DNA from: an uncultured Thermococci archaeon
GTDB lineage: Archaea; Methanobacteriota_B; Thermococci; Thermococcales; Thermococcaceae
Assembly: GCA_964615185.1 (NCBI GenBank)
Contig: CAZTOS010000018.1
Span: 1 to 33,059, forward strand
DNA length: 33,059 bases
Direction: 5' to 3'
The notes under the pieces are model-generated. The model did no database searches and was not told the origin of the DNA. It was given only the letters and a program-made list of their open reading frames with translations. Positions within the stretch are counted from its first letter, which is position 1, and the number at the start of each line of letters is the position of its first letter. Position numbers and translations under genes: made by a program. Below, one piece after another: positions 19,617 to 29,088 of the stretch.

Positions 19617-20063
19617 CTAACACCTCCTGCTTATTATCAATAGAATGGGGGCTTTCTTAACCTCAATTTTCATGATTCCTTCTTCTTTAGGTTGAACAAA
19701 CACAACTTTTTCATCAATTTTTACGGTGACATTGTTAATTGGAATGAACCAATATTCCCATGATTTTCCAAGAAATGTGTTTAAGTTCTTTACATAGAAT
19801 TTACCTGCTCTATAATCGAAGTTTGTAGGTTGCCCTGCAAGGAATTCCTGCCATTTTTCTTGAAAAGCATAAATGCCATCTTTTGAAACTCGATATATGT
19901 CTATAACTTTAGTTAATGAAACGCTATGAGTGTAATCAATCTCAAGGGTAGAATTTGAGCCAAGGGGATAATAACACACATTTTCATTGAATCCTATTCT
20001 AATTGCAGATACGGGAAAAAACAATACAATGAGAAGCAAGAAAAAAAGAAAAGATTTGTTCAA
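19617..20063 (-). CDS. DUF1850 family protein
   Basis: YTHSV motif, N-terminal hydrophobic segment, usual position between TAXI receptor and permease; TTG start with GGGGTGA RBS. Confidence 0.85.
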   Translation of the reverse strand: MNKSFLFFLLLIVLFFPVSAIRIGFNENVCYYPLGSNSTLEIDYTHSVSLTKVIDIYRVSKDGIYAFQEKWQEFLAGQPTNFDYRAGKFYVKNLNTFLGKSWEYWFIPINNVTVKIDEKVVFVQPKEEGIMKIEVKKAPILLIISRRC

Positions 20064-20077
20064 AAAATTTCACCCCT

Positions 20078-21124
20078 TCATTCCTTGGGCTTTAACTTAT
20101 CTGGAACAGTTATGCCATGGTCTTCATAGTACTTGATTGCTCCTGGGTGGAGTGGTATCATCAGACCATCAAATGCGTGGTTTATGTCAATCTGCTTTGC
20201 TACCTGGTGGGCTTTAGCCAGTTCATCAATGTTCTCATAGAGAATCTTGGTAATCTCGTAAACGACTTCATCCGGAACGTCTTTGTGAACAACAAGGGTG
20301 GACTTAACAGCTATTGTTTGTGTATCTTCGGTCATTCCTTTATATGTTCCCTTTGGAATAATTACTTTAACATAGAATGGATATCCCTGGTCATGGAGTT
20401 TCTTTATAACATCATCTGGAACTGGAATTAATCTGACTGGGACTTTGACTGCAATTTGATTAATTGCTGGTGCTGGGTAAGCAATAACTGTGAACTCTGC
20501 ATCAACCTGTCCGAGAACTAAGCTCTGTGCTGCCTCTTCGAAAGTCTGATAAATTGGCTCGATTTTGTCCCAGACTCCAGCGGCCTTAAGAACTCTCTCA
20601 GCTGTTGCAGCACATCCACTTCCAGCGGCACCAACGACAACCTTCTTACCAGCTAAGTCTTGGAGGGTCTTAATGTCACTGTCAGCTCTTACGACAATTT
20701 GAATTGGCTCTGGATAAAGGGTACCAATACCTCTAAGAACTTTAATTGGTTTGCCTTCAAACTGATACTTCCCTTCCCAGGCGTACCAGGTTACGTCGTT
20801 CTGTATAATTGCTACTTGGGCTTCACCTTTTGCAATAGCCTTGGCGTTAGCAACACTTGCACCGCTTGTAACTGCTTTAGCTGCAATTAACTTGCTCTTC
20901 TTGTTTGTAACTTTTGCAAGCATGGAACCGATGGCAAAATAGACGCTACCGGGTCCAGAACCGGTATAAATGGTAATTTCATACTTTCCTTCTTCGTTCT
21001 TCTGTACAATACCGGTGCTGGTTGGAGTTGCAGTGCTGGTTGTGGTTGTTTTTTGAGTACATCCAGCAGCGACCAAAGCCAATACCAAAACAAAAACCAA
21101 ACCAAGGGCTTTCCACTTTCTCAT
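20078..21124 (-). CDS. TAXI family TRAP solute-binding lipoprotein
   Basis: LVAAGC lipobox, Thr-rich linker, TSGASVAN, LYPEPIQIVVR, IPLHPGAIKYY. Confidence 0.96.
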   Translation of the reverse strand: MRKWKALGLVFVLVLALVAAGCTQKTTTTSTATPTSTGIVQKNEEGKYEITIYTGSGPGSVYFAIGSMLAKVTNKKSKLIAAKAVTSGASVANAKAIAKGEAQVAIIQNDVTWYAWEGKYQFEGKPIKVLRGIGTLYPEPIQIVVRADSDIKTLQDLAGKKVVVGAAGSGCAATAERVLKAAGVWDKIEPIYQTFEEAAQSLVLGQVDAEFTVIAYPAPAINQIAVKVPVRLIPVPDDVIKKLHDQGYPFYVKVIIPKGTYKGMTEDTQTIAVKSTLVVHKDVPDEVVYEITKILYENIDELAKAHQVAKQIDINHAFDGLMIPLHPGAIKYYEDHGITVPDKLKPKE

Positions 21125-21190
21125 TTTTATTCACCTCATGTAAGGAGGGGACTATGTCCCCAACATCTTAAATATTTACAAACTTAAACA

Positions 21191-21234
21191 TTATATATTT
21201 TTTGTTTTTTTTGGAAGATTTACATGCAAGTAAA
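21191..21234 (-). promoter_or_regulatory. TAXI promoter (TATA) with upstream palindrome TTTAC-N6-GTAAA
   Basis: Minus strand reads AAATATATAA at 21200-21191; TTTACATGCAAGTAAA at 21219-21234. Confidence 0.6.
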
Positions 21235-21264
21235 CGAAGGAAAGGGTAGAGAGGCGAAAATTTT

Positions 21265-23184
21265 TCAGTAGTAATACCAGATTGTCCAGTAGTCATTGGG
21301 GTCTTCTCCTATGCTCTCAAGGTACTCAAGGTACTCTTTGATTGGTACATCTGGATATGTATAGAGTTTGGTTTCGCTGATACCCTTCTCCCATGGATGC
21401 ATAAGATAGATTCTGCTTCCATCTGGTCTGATTCCAACTAATTCTCTGTCCTGCCATGCTCTCAGATGATTCTTACCCATTCTTGGGACATTGAAGATGG
21501 GTTCGTCTGTTCTGAATATTCCGGGGAGTAATCTTGCTTCCTCTTTTCTCTCCTGAACAACCCTTGCAATTGGCACGAGATAGTCTTTCTGCTCAATTTT
21601 GCCCTTTGGATAGAACGTGTAGTATGGATCGATACCAACTTTCTTCAATGCGATTCTTAGTGCAACGTTTTCAAACCTTCTGCTAACATTTCTCTGGTAA
21701 ACAAGCTGGTTATAGAGGTAAATCCCTTGTCTCCTTAGTTTATACACTGCATCCCCCATCTCAGGGGTGACTTCATAGGCGGTCTCAACATGTGTTACAA
21801 CATGGACGTTTCTCCTTCCTGGCTCAATATAACTTCCAAGAATTTCCGCTAACTCGTCAGTGATTCTCATTGGAACTGTGACAGGTATTCTACTGCCCCA
21901 TCTGATGTTAACAACATGATCAAGTTCTGAAAGCTTACTCATTATCTTATCGATTATCTTGTCACTTAGAGCTAAGGGATCTCCACCGGTAATTAGGACG
22001 TCAAGCATTGATTCATGTTCCCCAAACCACTCTATTGCTGCTTCAATCTTGTCCCATCCTGGGAATGCGCCTGCCATGAATGGCTCAAGAACTTCCCAGT
22101 TTCTCTGACAGTAGACACATATCTGTGGGCATGTATCGTAAGCTTTGAGAATCGCTATCGTAACATACCTTCTTGTAATAAGGTCAAGTGGTGATGTGTC
22201 GTGCTCACCCATGAAGTCGAAGTAATATTCCCGGTCTTCCCTGTGCTGGAGCATGTTTGAAACATACCATGCAGGTGGCATTACTTGTCTTCTTACATGC
22301 CTGTCTTCTTTATATGGGTTCTCAAAGTCCCAGAGGTGTAGATAGTATGGAGTTATACCCCAAGGTATGCTGTATTTTACAGCAATTTCTACTTGTTTTA
22401 GGTCTTCTTCTGGAACTTTTACTATTCCAAGCTCATTTAGCTCTCTAAGTGTTTCAAGGCCTTTTTCCCTCTTTAGCACGTGGGAGAACTGCCATCTATA
22501 GTCGAACCACTCGTCTTCGGTTATACCCCAGTATTCCATAAGTTTTTCTCTCTGCTTCTTTCTCTTTTCGATAATATGCTTGTCAAGACCGCTTGGATAC
22601 TTTTTGAGGTATCCTTTGATGTATTCCCACACCTTGTCGAGGTATTCAGACCTCATGAGGGCAGCTTTTCTTCCTTTAATTTTGCTGAAATCAACGAACT
22701 TAGCTCCAGCAGCTTCAAGCTTTGGCCCAAGCCATCCTTTTGAATATCCACTCACTCCGGCCATAGCTTTGAAGAGATGCTTAAACTCCTCCACAAATCC
22801 TTCTGTGATTATGCTTAGAACCCTTTTATCACCTTTTGTAGCCTTCCAGAGGTATTCAAGGGTTGAGAATCCAGCGGCTTTTTCACCATATTCGGAGATT
22901 ATGTTTAGGAATACATTGATAACTTCAATTGCGAGCCATCTATCAATAGCATCAACCTTGAATTCACCGTCCTTGTACTTCCACAACAAATCTTCTGCAA
23001 ATTTACTGAGCTTGTCTCTTGCCTCATCAAGTGTTTCGCTGGTGAGCAGGATTTCTTTAATTTCAGGGAGAGGTTCAAAAATTTTCAAAAAATCTTCATA
23101 GTTAATTCCCTGCTTTAAACCCCAAGGGGATTCTTCAACATTAAATGTGGAAATTGCACTTTCCATTTGTTTTTCCATATCCAT
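21265..23184 (-). CDS. KamA-family radical SAM/PLP aminomutase, long form (probable glutamate rather than lysine 2,3-aminomutase)
   Basis: TRRY...CPQICVYC (CxxxCxxC), DVLITGGDPL, IRWGSRIPV, YNQ, PYY, and PRMGK (putative PLP lysine). The family call is firm; the substrate is inferred. Confidence 0.9.
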   Translation of the reverse strand: MDMEKQMESAISTFNVEESPWGLKQGINYEDFLKIFEPLPEIKEILLTSETLDEARDKLSKFAEDLLWKYKDGEFKVDAIDRWLAIEVINVFLNIISEYGEKAAGFSTLEYLWKATKGDKRVLSIITEGFVEEFKHLFKAMAGVSGYSKGWLGPKLEAAGAKFVDFSKIKGRKAALMRSEYLDKVWEYIKGYLKKYPSGLDKHIIEKRKKQREKLMEYWGITEDEWFDYRWQFSHVLKREKGLETLRELNELGIVKVPEEDLKQVEIAVKYSIPWGITPYYLHLWDFENPYKEDRHVRRQVMPPAWYVSNMLQHREDREYYFDFMGEHDTSPLDLITRRYVTIAILKAYDTCPQICVYCQRNWEVLEPFMAGAFPGWDKIEAAIEWFGEHESMLDVLITGGDPLALSDKIIDKIMSKLSELDHVVNIRWGSRIPVTVPMRITDELAEILGSYIEPGRRNVHVVTHVETAYEVTPEMGDAVYKLRRQGIYLYNQLVYQRNVSRRFENVALRIALKKVGIDPYYTFYPKGKIEQKDYLVPIARVVQERKEEARLLPGIFRTDEPIFNVPRMGKNHLRAWQDRELVGIRPDGSRIYLMHPWEKGISETKLYTYPDVPIKEYLEYLESIGEDPNDYWTIWYYY

Positions 23185-23284
23185 CACCTCATGCCCATAT
23201 ATGGGCGTTGATGCCCCTCAGGTCATCATTGCACATATTCCATCATTGGAGCGATTTTACAGATATTAGTGAATATGTGTGGTG

Positions 23285-23314
23285 TTATATATTTTGCGTT
23301 TACAAGCTTGTAAA
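23285..23314 (-). promoter_or_regulatory. Aminomutase promoter (TATA) with adjacent perfect 16-bp palindrome
   Basis: Minus strand AAATATATAA at 23294-23285; TTTACAAGCTTGTAAA at 23299-23314. Confidence 0.65.
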
Positions 23315-23531
23315 ACATTACAAACTTCAAATTTATCTGTTAATATAATGAAAAAATTTTACATATTGGCAAGTTTGTTCCTAAAATTTTGCTGAACATT
23401 TCAAAATATCTATGTTATAAGCCAGATTAACTTTACAAATGTAAAGTCTGAGAATGATGTGAAAGATGTATGGTGTCACAACAACTTTTATTAATATCTA
23501 CTATGTTTTGGGCTTTTGGAGGTATGTTTAG

Positions 23532-24350
23532 ATGAAGATCATAATGACGACCAAGATTGATTTGGCATCAATGAACATAAAGGAAAAACTAATCGAGAAA
23601 TTCAAGTTTAAGGAATGTGGATATACTTTTGATGGCAATCCAGTCTACCAGCTGAAAGATGTGATGATCCTTACAACAAATCAAGAAATGATATATTACG
23701 ACTATTTAGACAAGGAAATTGAAAAACAGCTGAGCATCAAACCAGAGATAATTATTTTTGCTTCAAGACATTCAAGCAAACAGAAATTACCAGCTTTGAC
23801 GACTCATGTTACTGGAAATTGGAATAAATCAATGTATGGGGGGAAGGATTACAGTTTGGCTATGGCTCGGCCAAGTGCAATGAAACTGGCATTGTTAAAG
23901 ATGAATGAGTTGAATGATTTGGGGTGGACAGTTTGTTATGAAGCAACACATCATGGACCAAGTGAACTTAATATTCCATCCCTTTTCATTGAAATTGGCT
24001 CAAGTGAGGAAGAATGGGTCAATGAGAGAGCGGGGGAAATTCTGGCGGAAACAGTAATGTATGTCATCAACACTTATCAAAAAACAAAATTTAAAGTTGC
24101 TATTGGAATTGGTGGTGGACATTACGCCCCAAAACAGACCAAAGTTGCATTGAACTCGGAACTTGCTTTTTCTCATATAGCAGCAAAGTATGCTCATCCT
24201 GTATCCAGAGAAATGCTGCTAAAAGCTATTGAGAGAACTGCAGAAAAAGTTGAGGCAATATACGTGGATTGGAAAGGTAGCAAGGGTGAAACAAGACAGT
24301 TAGCAAGAAGTTTAGCTGAAGAGCTTGGATTGGAGTTTATTAAAGATTAA
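23532..24350 (+). CDS. dtdA: D-aminoacyl-tRNA deacylase (DTD2)
   Basis: [34 protein letters not shown]; upstream of ftsZ as usual. Confidence 0.96.
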   Translation: MKIIMTTKIDLASMNIKEKLIEKFKFKECGYTFDGNPVYQLKDVMILTTNQEMIYYDYLDKEIEKQLSIKPEIIIFASRHSSKQKLPALTTHVTGNWNKSMYGGKDYSLAMARPSAMKLALLKMNELNDLGWTVCYEATHHGPSELNIPSLFIEIGSSEEEWVNERAGEILAETVMYVINTYQKTKFKVAIGIGGGHYAPKQTKVALNSELAFSHIAAKYAHPVSREMLLKAIERTAEKVEAIYVDWKGSKGETRQLARSLAEELGLEFIKD

Positions 24351-24482
24351 CTAAACAAAACCTTTAAAGACTTGCACTTTCAAATTTAAGAATTAGCTGT
24401 GCAATCTTAGCTAAAATTTATATATTGCTTTAAACTACAGAATTTACCAGATGTTAAATTGTTTCCCTGGGAGGGTGAAAAG

Positions 24483-25604
24483 ATGCTAAAGTTAATTGAA
24501 AATGCGATAGAAAGAACATCTCAAGAACCTGAAAAAGTAAATGAAGTGCAAGTTCCTCAAACCGATGTTGATGAAGAGCTTAAGAGAATCCTTGAGCAAA
24601 TACAGGCAAAAATCTATGTTGTTGGCGTCGGTGGTGCCGGTTGTAATACAGTTAACAGGATGATGGAAGTTGGTATTCAGGGTGCTAAAGTTATTGCAGT
24701 TAACACAGATGCTCAAGATTTGCTTAAGGTTAGAGCTCATGAAAAGATACTCATTGGTAAGGATTTGACAGGAGGATTAGGTGCTGGGAATAACCCAAAG
24801 ATTGGTGAAGAAGCAGCGAAAGAAAGTGAGAAAGATATCAGAGATGCTCTTGAAGGGGCGGACATGGTTTTCATTACCTGCGGTCTGGGTGGAGGTACTG
24901 GAACGGGTGCGGCTCCAATTGTTGCTGAACTGGCAAAGAAGATGGGTGCCTTAACGGTTTCTGTCGTTACACTTCCATTCACAGTTGAAGGGATCAGGAG
25001 AATCAAAAATGCAGAATATGGTCTTGAAAGACTTAGGAAAAACAGTGATACCGTTATTGTTATACCAAACGACAAGCTCATGGAAGTTGCTCCAAACTTG
25101 CCAATTCACTTGGCATTCAAAGTTGCTGATGAGATACTTGTTCAGGCAGTTAAGGGAATTACGGAACTGATAACGAAGCCTGGCTTAGTTAACCTCGATT
25201 TTGCTGATGTTAGAGCCGTCATGAAAGACGGCGGTGTTGCTATGATAGGCATCGGTGAGAGCGATAGTGAAAAGAGAGCACTTGAAGCTGCAACCCAAGC
25301 TTTAAACAGTCCATTGCTTGATGTTGACATCAGTGGTGCTAAGGGAGCATTAATAAGCATTGCTGGAAGTGATGTGAAGCTTGAGGAAGCACAGCAGGTA
25401 ATTGAGCTTGTTACAAGTAAGCTTGACCCAGAAGCTCAGGTAATCTGGGGAATCCAGCTTGATGAGGAACTCGGTAAGACAATCAGGGTCATGGTCGTAG
25501 TTACTGGTGTAAGTTCTCCATATGCAGTTGTTGAAGAGGAAACGACGTATCTCCCGGAAGAAGGTGAGAAAAAGATAATCCATCTTGATTTAGAGGAACT
25601 TTGA
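24483..25604 (+). CDS. ftsZ: Cell division protein FtsZ (FtsZ1-type context)
   Basis: [30 protein letters not shown] 24483 after GGAGGGTGA. Confidence 0.99.
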   Translation: MLKLIENAIERTSQEPEKVNEVQVPQTDVDEELKRILEQIQAKIYVVGVGGAGCNTVNRMMEVGIQGAKVIAVNTDAQDLLKVRAHEKILIGKDLTGGLGAGNNPKIGEEAAKESEKDIRDALEGADMVFITCGLGGGTGTGAAPIVAELAKKMGALTVSVVTLPFTVEGIRRIKNAEYGLERLRKNSDTVIVIPNDKLMEVAPNLPIHLAFKVADEILVQAVKGITELITKPGLVNLDFADVRAVMKDGGVAMIGIGESDSEKRALEAATQALNSPLLDVDISGAKGALISIAGSDVKLEEAQQVIELVTSKLDPEAQVIWGIQLDEELGKTIRVMVVVTGVSSPYAVVEEETTYLPEEGEKKIIHLDLEEL

Positions 25605-25689
25605 TCACCTCTTTTTTACCCCAAACTTTTAAAACCCAAACCCATACCTAAGATTAGCAAAGATTTAAAAAGCCATTGAGGTGTTAGAT

Positions 25690-25881
25690 GTGCCAGCAGG
25701 GGGATACATGGAAAAACTTAAAAACTTCTTATCAGAGTCCAAGAGGGTTTTGCTGGTTACAAAAAAACCAAGCGGCAAAGAGTATAAAATGGCCGCAAAG
25801 ATTACTGGCCTTGGAATACTCCTTATTGGTTTAATAGGCATGATTATTCGTATTATAGGCATCTTAATAACAGGTCAATGA
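25690..25881 (+). CDS. secE: Protein translocase subunit SecE/Sec61-gamma
   Basis: [12 protein letters not shown] plus one transmembrane helix; start either GTG 25690 (RBS GAGGTG) or ATG 25708. Confidence 0.95.
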   Translation: MPAGGYMEKLKNFLSESKRVLLVTKKPSGKEYKMAAKITGLGILLIGLIGMIIRIIGILITGQ

Positions 25882-25897
25882 CCTCTTGGTGATAAAG

Positions 25898-26356
25898 ATG
25901 AGTGACAGCAAAATCTTCGCAGTAAGGGTTACAGTAGGACAGGAAGAAACGACAGCACGGTTAGTGTACAGTAAGGCAAGGACATATAACTTGCCAATTT
26001 ATGCTATATTAACTCCTTCCAAAGTTAAGGGATACATTTTTATTGAAGCACCAAGCAAGAGTGCAGTTGATGAAGCCATAAGAGGAATAAGACATGCAAG
26101 AGGAACCCTTCCAGGGGAGATTTCATTCAGTGAGATTGAGCACTTCCTTGAGGAGAAGCCAGCTGTCAGTGGCTTTGAGCCTGGAGACATAGTTGAACTC
26201 ATTGCCGGTCCATTTAAAGGCGAAAAGGCCAAGGTCGTTAGAGTTGATGAGGCAAAAGATGAAATTGTCGTTGAACTCATCGGAGCAATAGTTCCAATCC
26301 CCGTTACAGTTAGAGGGGAATACGTTAGACTTATAAGCAAACGGTCAAAGGAGTAG
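25898..26356 (+). CDS. spt5: Transcription elongation factor Spt5/NusG
   Basis: KGYIFIEA (NGN domain) and [13 protein letters not shown] (KOW domain). Confidence 0.98.
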   Translation: MSDSKIFAVRVTVGQEETTARLVYSKARTYNLPIYAILTPSKVKGYIFIEAPSKSAVDEAIRGIRHARGTLPGEISFSEIEHFLEEKPAVSGFEPGDIVELIAGPFKGEKAKVVRVDEAKDEIVVELIGAIVPIPVTVRGEYVRLISKRSKE

Positions 26357-26369
26357 AGGGGTGAAGAGA

Positions 26370-26864
26370 ATGCCAAAGCAAGTTGTTGAGGTTTTAGTTG
26401 AGGGTGGTAAAGCTACTCCCGGTCCTCCACTTGGTCCAGCTATTGGTCCACTTGGATTAAACGTTAAGCTTGTTGTTGACAAAATAAACGAAGCAACAAA
26501 GGATTTTGCGGGAATGCAGGTGCCAGTGAAGATTATCGTTGACCCAGCAACAAAGCAGTTTGAGATTGAAGTAGGTACACCGCCAGTTAGCCAGCTCATC
26601 AAGAAGGAGCTTGGGCTTGAAAAGGGTTCAAGCGAACCAGTAAGAAACATTGTTGGTAACTTAACAATGGAGCAAGTCATAAAGATAGCAAAGGCTAAAA
26701 AGCACCAAATGCTTGCTGCTGGCCTTAAAGCAGCCGCAAAGGAAGTCATTGGAACAGCTTTAAGCATGGGGGTTACAGTTGAAGGCAAAGACCCAAGGGT
26801 TGTGCAGAAAGAAATTGATGAAGGAGTTTACGACGAGATATTTGCAAAGGCTGAGGAGAGCTGA
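26370..26864 (+). CDS. rpl11: 50S ribosomal protein L11
   Basis: [18 protein letters not shown] motif. Confidence 0.99.
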   Translation: MPKQVVEVLVEGGKATPGPPLGPAIGPLGLNVKLVVDKINEATKDFAGMQVPVKIIVDPATKQFEIEVGTPPVSQLIKKELGLEKGSSEPVRNIVGNLTMEQVIKIAKAKKHQMLAAGLKAAAKEVIGTALSMGVTVEGKDPRVVQKEIDEGVYDEIFAKAEES

Positions 26865-26870
26865 TTTAGG

Positions 26871-26883
26871 GAAAAGTTTAAAA
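26871..26883 (+). promoter_or_regulatory. BRE/TATA promoter of the rpl1-rplP0-rpl12 operon
   Basis: GAAAAG-TTTAAAA in the rpl11-rpl1 gap. Confidence 0.6.
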
Positions 26884-26950
26884 GCTCCTCTTTTTACGAA
26901 ATTTTGATTTTTCAATTTAGCTTAAATAAAAAAGATTGGAGGTCAGAAAA

Positions 26951-27604
26951 ATGGCCTTTGACAGGCAAAAAATCGTGGAAGCGGTGAAGGAGGCAAAGGC
27001 CCGGGCTAAGCCGCGTAACTTCACACAGACCGTCGAAGTGGCAGTAAACCTCAAGGATATAGACCTTAGAAAGCCTGAAAACAGGTTTAAGCTTGAGGTT
27101 GTTCTGCCGCACGGTCGGGGGAAGGAGCCCAAAATCGCGGTCATCGCTGATGGTGCCGTTGCTGAGGCGGCTAAAAAGCTCGGGCTTGATGTTATTAGTG
27201 GTGAGCAGCTTGAGGAAATAGCTAAGAGCCCAAGGGAAGCGAGAAAGTTGGCTAAGAAGTATGACTTCTTCATTGCCGCAGCACCACTGATGCCAAAGAT
27301 TGGTAGATACTTGGGTAGGTACTTAGGTCCAAGAAACAAGATGCCAGTGGTTGTTCCACCAACAATGACAAACTTAGAGCCAATTGTCAACAAGCTCAAG
27401 AAGACAGTAAGAATACAGCTTAAAAACAATCCAGTCGTCCACGCTCCGGTAGGAACAGAGACCATGGAGGATAAAAAGATTGCAGAGAATATAGAAACAG
27501 TTCTCAATGCAATCATTGGTAAGCTTGAGAGAGGAGAGAACCAAGTCAAGTCAGTGTACGTTAAGACAACAATGGGTCCAGCTGTAAAGGTGGAGGTGAG
27601 ATAA
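26951..27604 (+). CDS. rpl1: 50S ribosomal protein L1
   Basis: [26 protein letters not shown]. Confidence 0.99.
   Translation: MAFDRQKIVEAVKEAKARAKPRNFTQTVEVAVNLKDIDLRKPENRFKLEVVLPHGRGKEPKIAVIADGAVAEAAKKLGLDVISGEQLEEIAKSPREARKLAKKYDFFIAAAPLMPKIGRYLGRYLGPRNKMPVVVPPTMTNLEPIVNKLKKTVRIQLKNNPVVHAPVGTETMEDKKIAENIETVLNAIIGKLERGENQVKSVYVKTTMGPAVKVEVR
26984..27024 (+). promoter_or_regulatory. L1 autoregulatory binding site within rpl1 mRNA
   Basis: GTGAAG-GA-GGC...GCC-GCGTAA-CTTCAC: two stems around an asymmetric loop about 30 nt into rpl1, like the Methanococcales L1 mRNA site. Confidence 0.8.
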
Positions 27605-28623
27605 TGGCTCATGTCGCTGAATGGAAGAAGAAGGAAGTGGAAAGACTCGCTGAGATTATCAAAAGCCACCCAGTGGTAGCGTTGGTTGACGTTGCTGGAG
27701 TGCCAGCTTATCCCCTCTCAAAGATGAGAGAAAAGCTCAGAGGAAAAGCATTGCTTAGAGTCTCAAGAAACACACTCATAGAACTTGCAATCAAGAAGGC
27801 AGCAAAAGAGCTCGGAAAACCGGAGCTGGAGAAGTTAGTTGACTACATTCAGGGTGGAGCTGCAATCCTCGCAACTGAAATGAACCCATTCAAGCTCTAC
27901 AAGCTCCTTGAAGAGAGCAAGACTCCAGCTCCTGCCAAGCCCGGCGTCCCAGTTCCGAGAGATGTTGTTGTTCCAGCTGGTCCAACTCCACTATCACCAG
28001 GTCCAGTTGTCGGTGAGATGCAGGCTTTAGGAATTCCAGCCAGGATTGAGAGAGGTAAAGTCACGATCCAAAAGGACACGGTTGTTTTAAAGGCTGGAGA
28101 GATTATTACCCCACAATTGGCAAACATCCTTAACAAACTTGGCATTGAGCCTCTTGAAGTCGGACTTAACCTGTTGGCAGCTTACGAGGATGGAATCATT
28201 TACACACCAGAAGTTCTTGCAATTGATGAGGAAGAATACATAAACATGCTCCAACAGGCTTACATGCATGCATTCAACCTGTCAGTCAACATAGCATATC
28301 CAACAGCCCAGACAATCGAGGCAATCATCCAGAAAGCATTCCTCAACGCAAAGAGCGTTGCTGTGGAGGCTGGATATATCACAAAAGAAACTGCTGGAGA
28401 CATATTTGGCAAGGCGTTCAGGGTTGCTCTGCTCATAGCACAGCAGTTGCCAGAGGAGTTGCTTGATGAGAAGACCAAAGAGCTTTTAAATCAACAAGCT
28501 CAATTAGCAGTTGCCGCTCAACCTCAGCCAGAAGAGGAGAAAGTTGAAGAGGTTGAGGAGGAAGAAGAGGAGGAAGCATCTGAGGAAGAAGCCCTCGCTG
28601 GGTTGGGGGCATTGTTTGGTTGA
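27604..28623 (+). CDS. rplP0: 50S ribosomal protein L10/P0
   Basis: VAEWKK, SRNTL, acidic hinge, [12 protein letters not shown] tail. Confidence 0.99.
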   Translation: MAHVAEWKKKEVERLAEIIKSHPVVALVDVAGVPAYPLSKMREKLRGKALLRVSRNTLIELAIKKAAKELGKPELEKLVDYIQGGAAILATEMNPFKLYKLLEESKTPAPAKPGVPVPRDVVVPAGPTPLSPGPVVGEMQALGIPARIERGKVTIQKDTVVLKAGEIITPQLANILNKLGIEPLEVGLNLLAAYEDGIIYTPEVLAIDEEEYINMLQQAYMHAFNLSVNIAYPTAQTIEAIIQKAFLNAKSVAVEAGYITKETAGDIFGKAFRVALLIAQQLPEELLDEKTKELLNQQAQLAVAAQPQPEEEKVEEVEEEEEEEASEEEALAGLGALFG

Positions 28624-28671
28624 CGCGCATCTAATAATTGAAAACTAAAGCTAATTTGGAGGTGTAAGGAG

Positions 28672-28989
28672 ATGGAGTATGTATATGCTGCTTTATTGTT
28701 ACACGCCGCTGGAAAGGAAATAACTGAGGAGAACCTTAAGGCTGTGTTAGAGGCCGCTGGAGCCACTCCGGATGAGGCAAGAATCAAGGCATTGGTTGCT
28801 GCACTTGAGGGAGTTAACATCGATGAGGTCATCGAGAAGGCTGCAATGCCAGTTGCAGTTGCCGCTGCTCCAGCTGCTGCTCCAGCCCCAGCTGAGGAAG
28901 CACCAGCTCAGGAAGAGGAGGAAGAAGAGGAAGAGGAGGAAGTAAGTGAGGAAGAGGCTCTCGCAGGACTTGGAGCCCTCTTCGGCTGA
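28672..28989 (+). CDS. rpl12: 50S ribosomal stalk protein L12/P1
   Basis: [11 protein letters not shown], Ala/Pro hinge, GLGALFG tail. Confidence 0.99.
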   Translation: MEYVYAALLLHAAGKEITEENLKAVLEAAGATPDEARIKALVAALEGVNIDEVIEKAAMPVAVAAAPAAAPAPAEEAPAQEEEEEEEEEEVSEEEALAGLGALFG

Positions 28990-28991
28990 AA

Positions 28992-29010
28992 TCTCTCTTT
29001 TTCTCTCATT
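28992..29010 (+). terminator. Pyrimidine-rich terminator after rpl12
   Basis: TCTCTCTTTTTTCTCTC just after the stop codon. Confidence 0.6.
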
Positions 29011-29088
29011 CCATTCCTTCATTTCAAATTTTCTCTTAGGCACAAAACTTATCTTTCTGAGACCTCATTCTTTTAATGGTGACATATT

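Noticed and set aside
21020..21055. GTT/GCT-rich low-complexity tract
   Set aside because: Encodes the Thr-rich linker common in Thermococcales lipoproteins.
22580..23101. 173-aa ORF antisense to the aminomutase
   Set aside because: Shadow ORF with Ser/Leu-rich composition typical of the reverse frame of a coding gene.
21265..23184. Gene symbol kamA, ablA or epmB
   Set aside because: The substrate-binding Asp residues appear replaced and no ablB, kamDE or epmA partner is in the window, so the symbol is left empty.
23217..23246. Minus-strand ATGATGG...ATGATGA-C-CTGA resembling C/D boxes
   Set aside because: Only 1 nt between box C and box D and no D' box; not a guide-RNA layout.
26917..27669. 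250-aa ORF antisense to rpl1, and similar antisense ORFs over psmA, rrp42, ftsZ, spt5 and rpl11
   Set aside because: Reverse-frame artefacts of biased codon usage in highly expressed genes.
28545..28989. GAG/GAA-rich repeats and near-duplicate 3' ends of rplP0 and rpl12
   Set aside because: Explained by the known acidic hinge and shared GLGALFG tail of stalk proteins.
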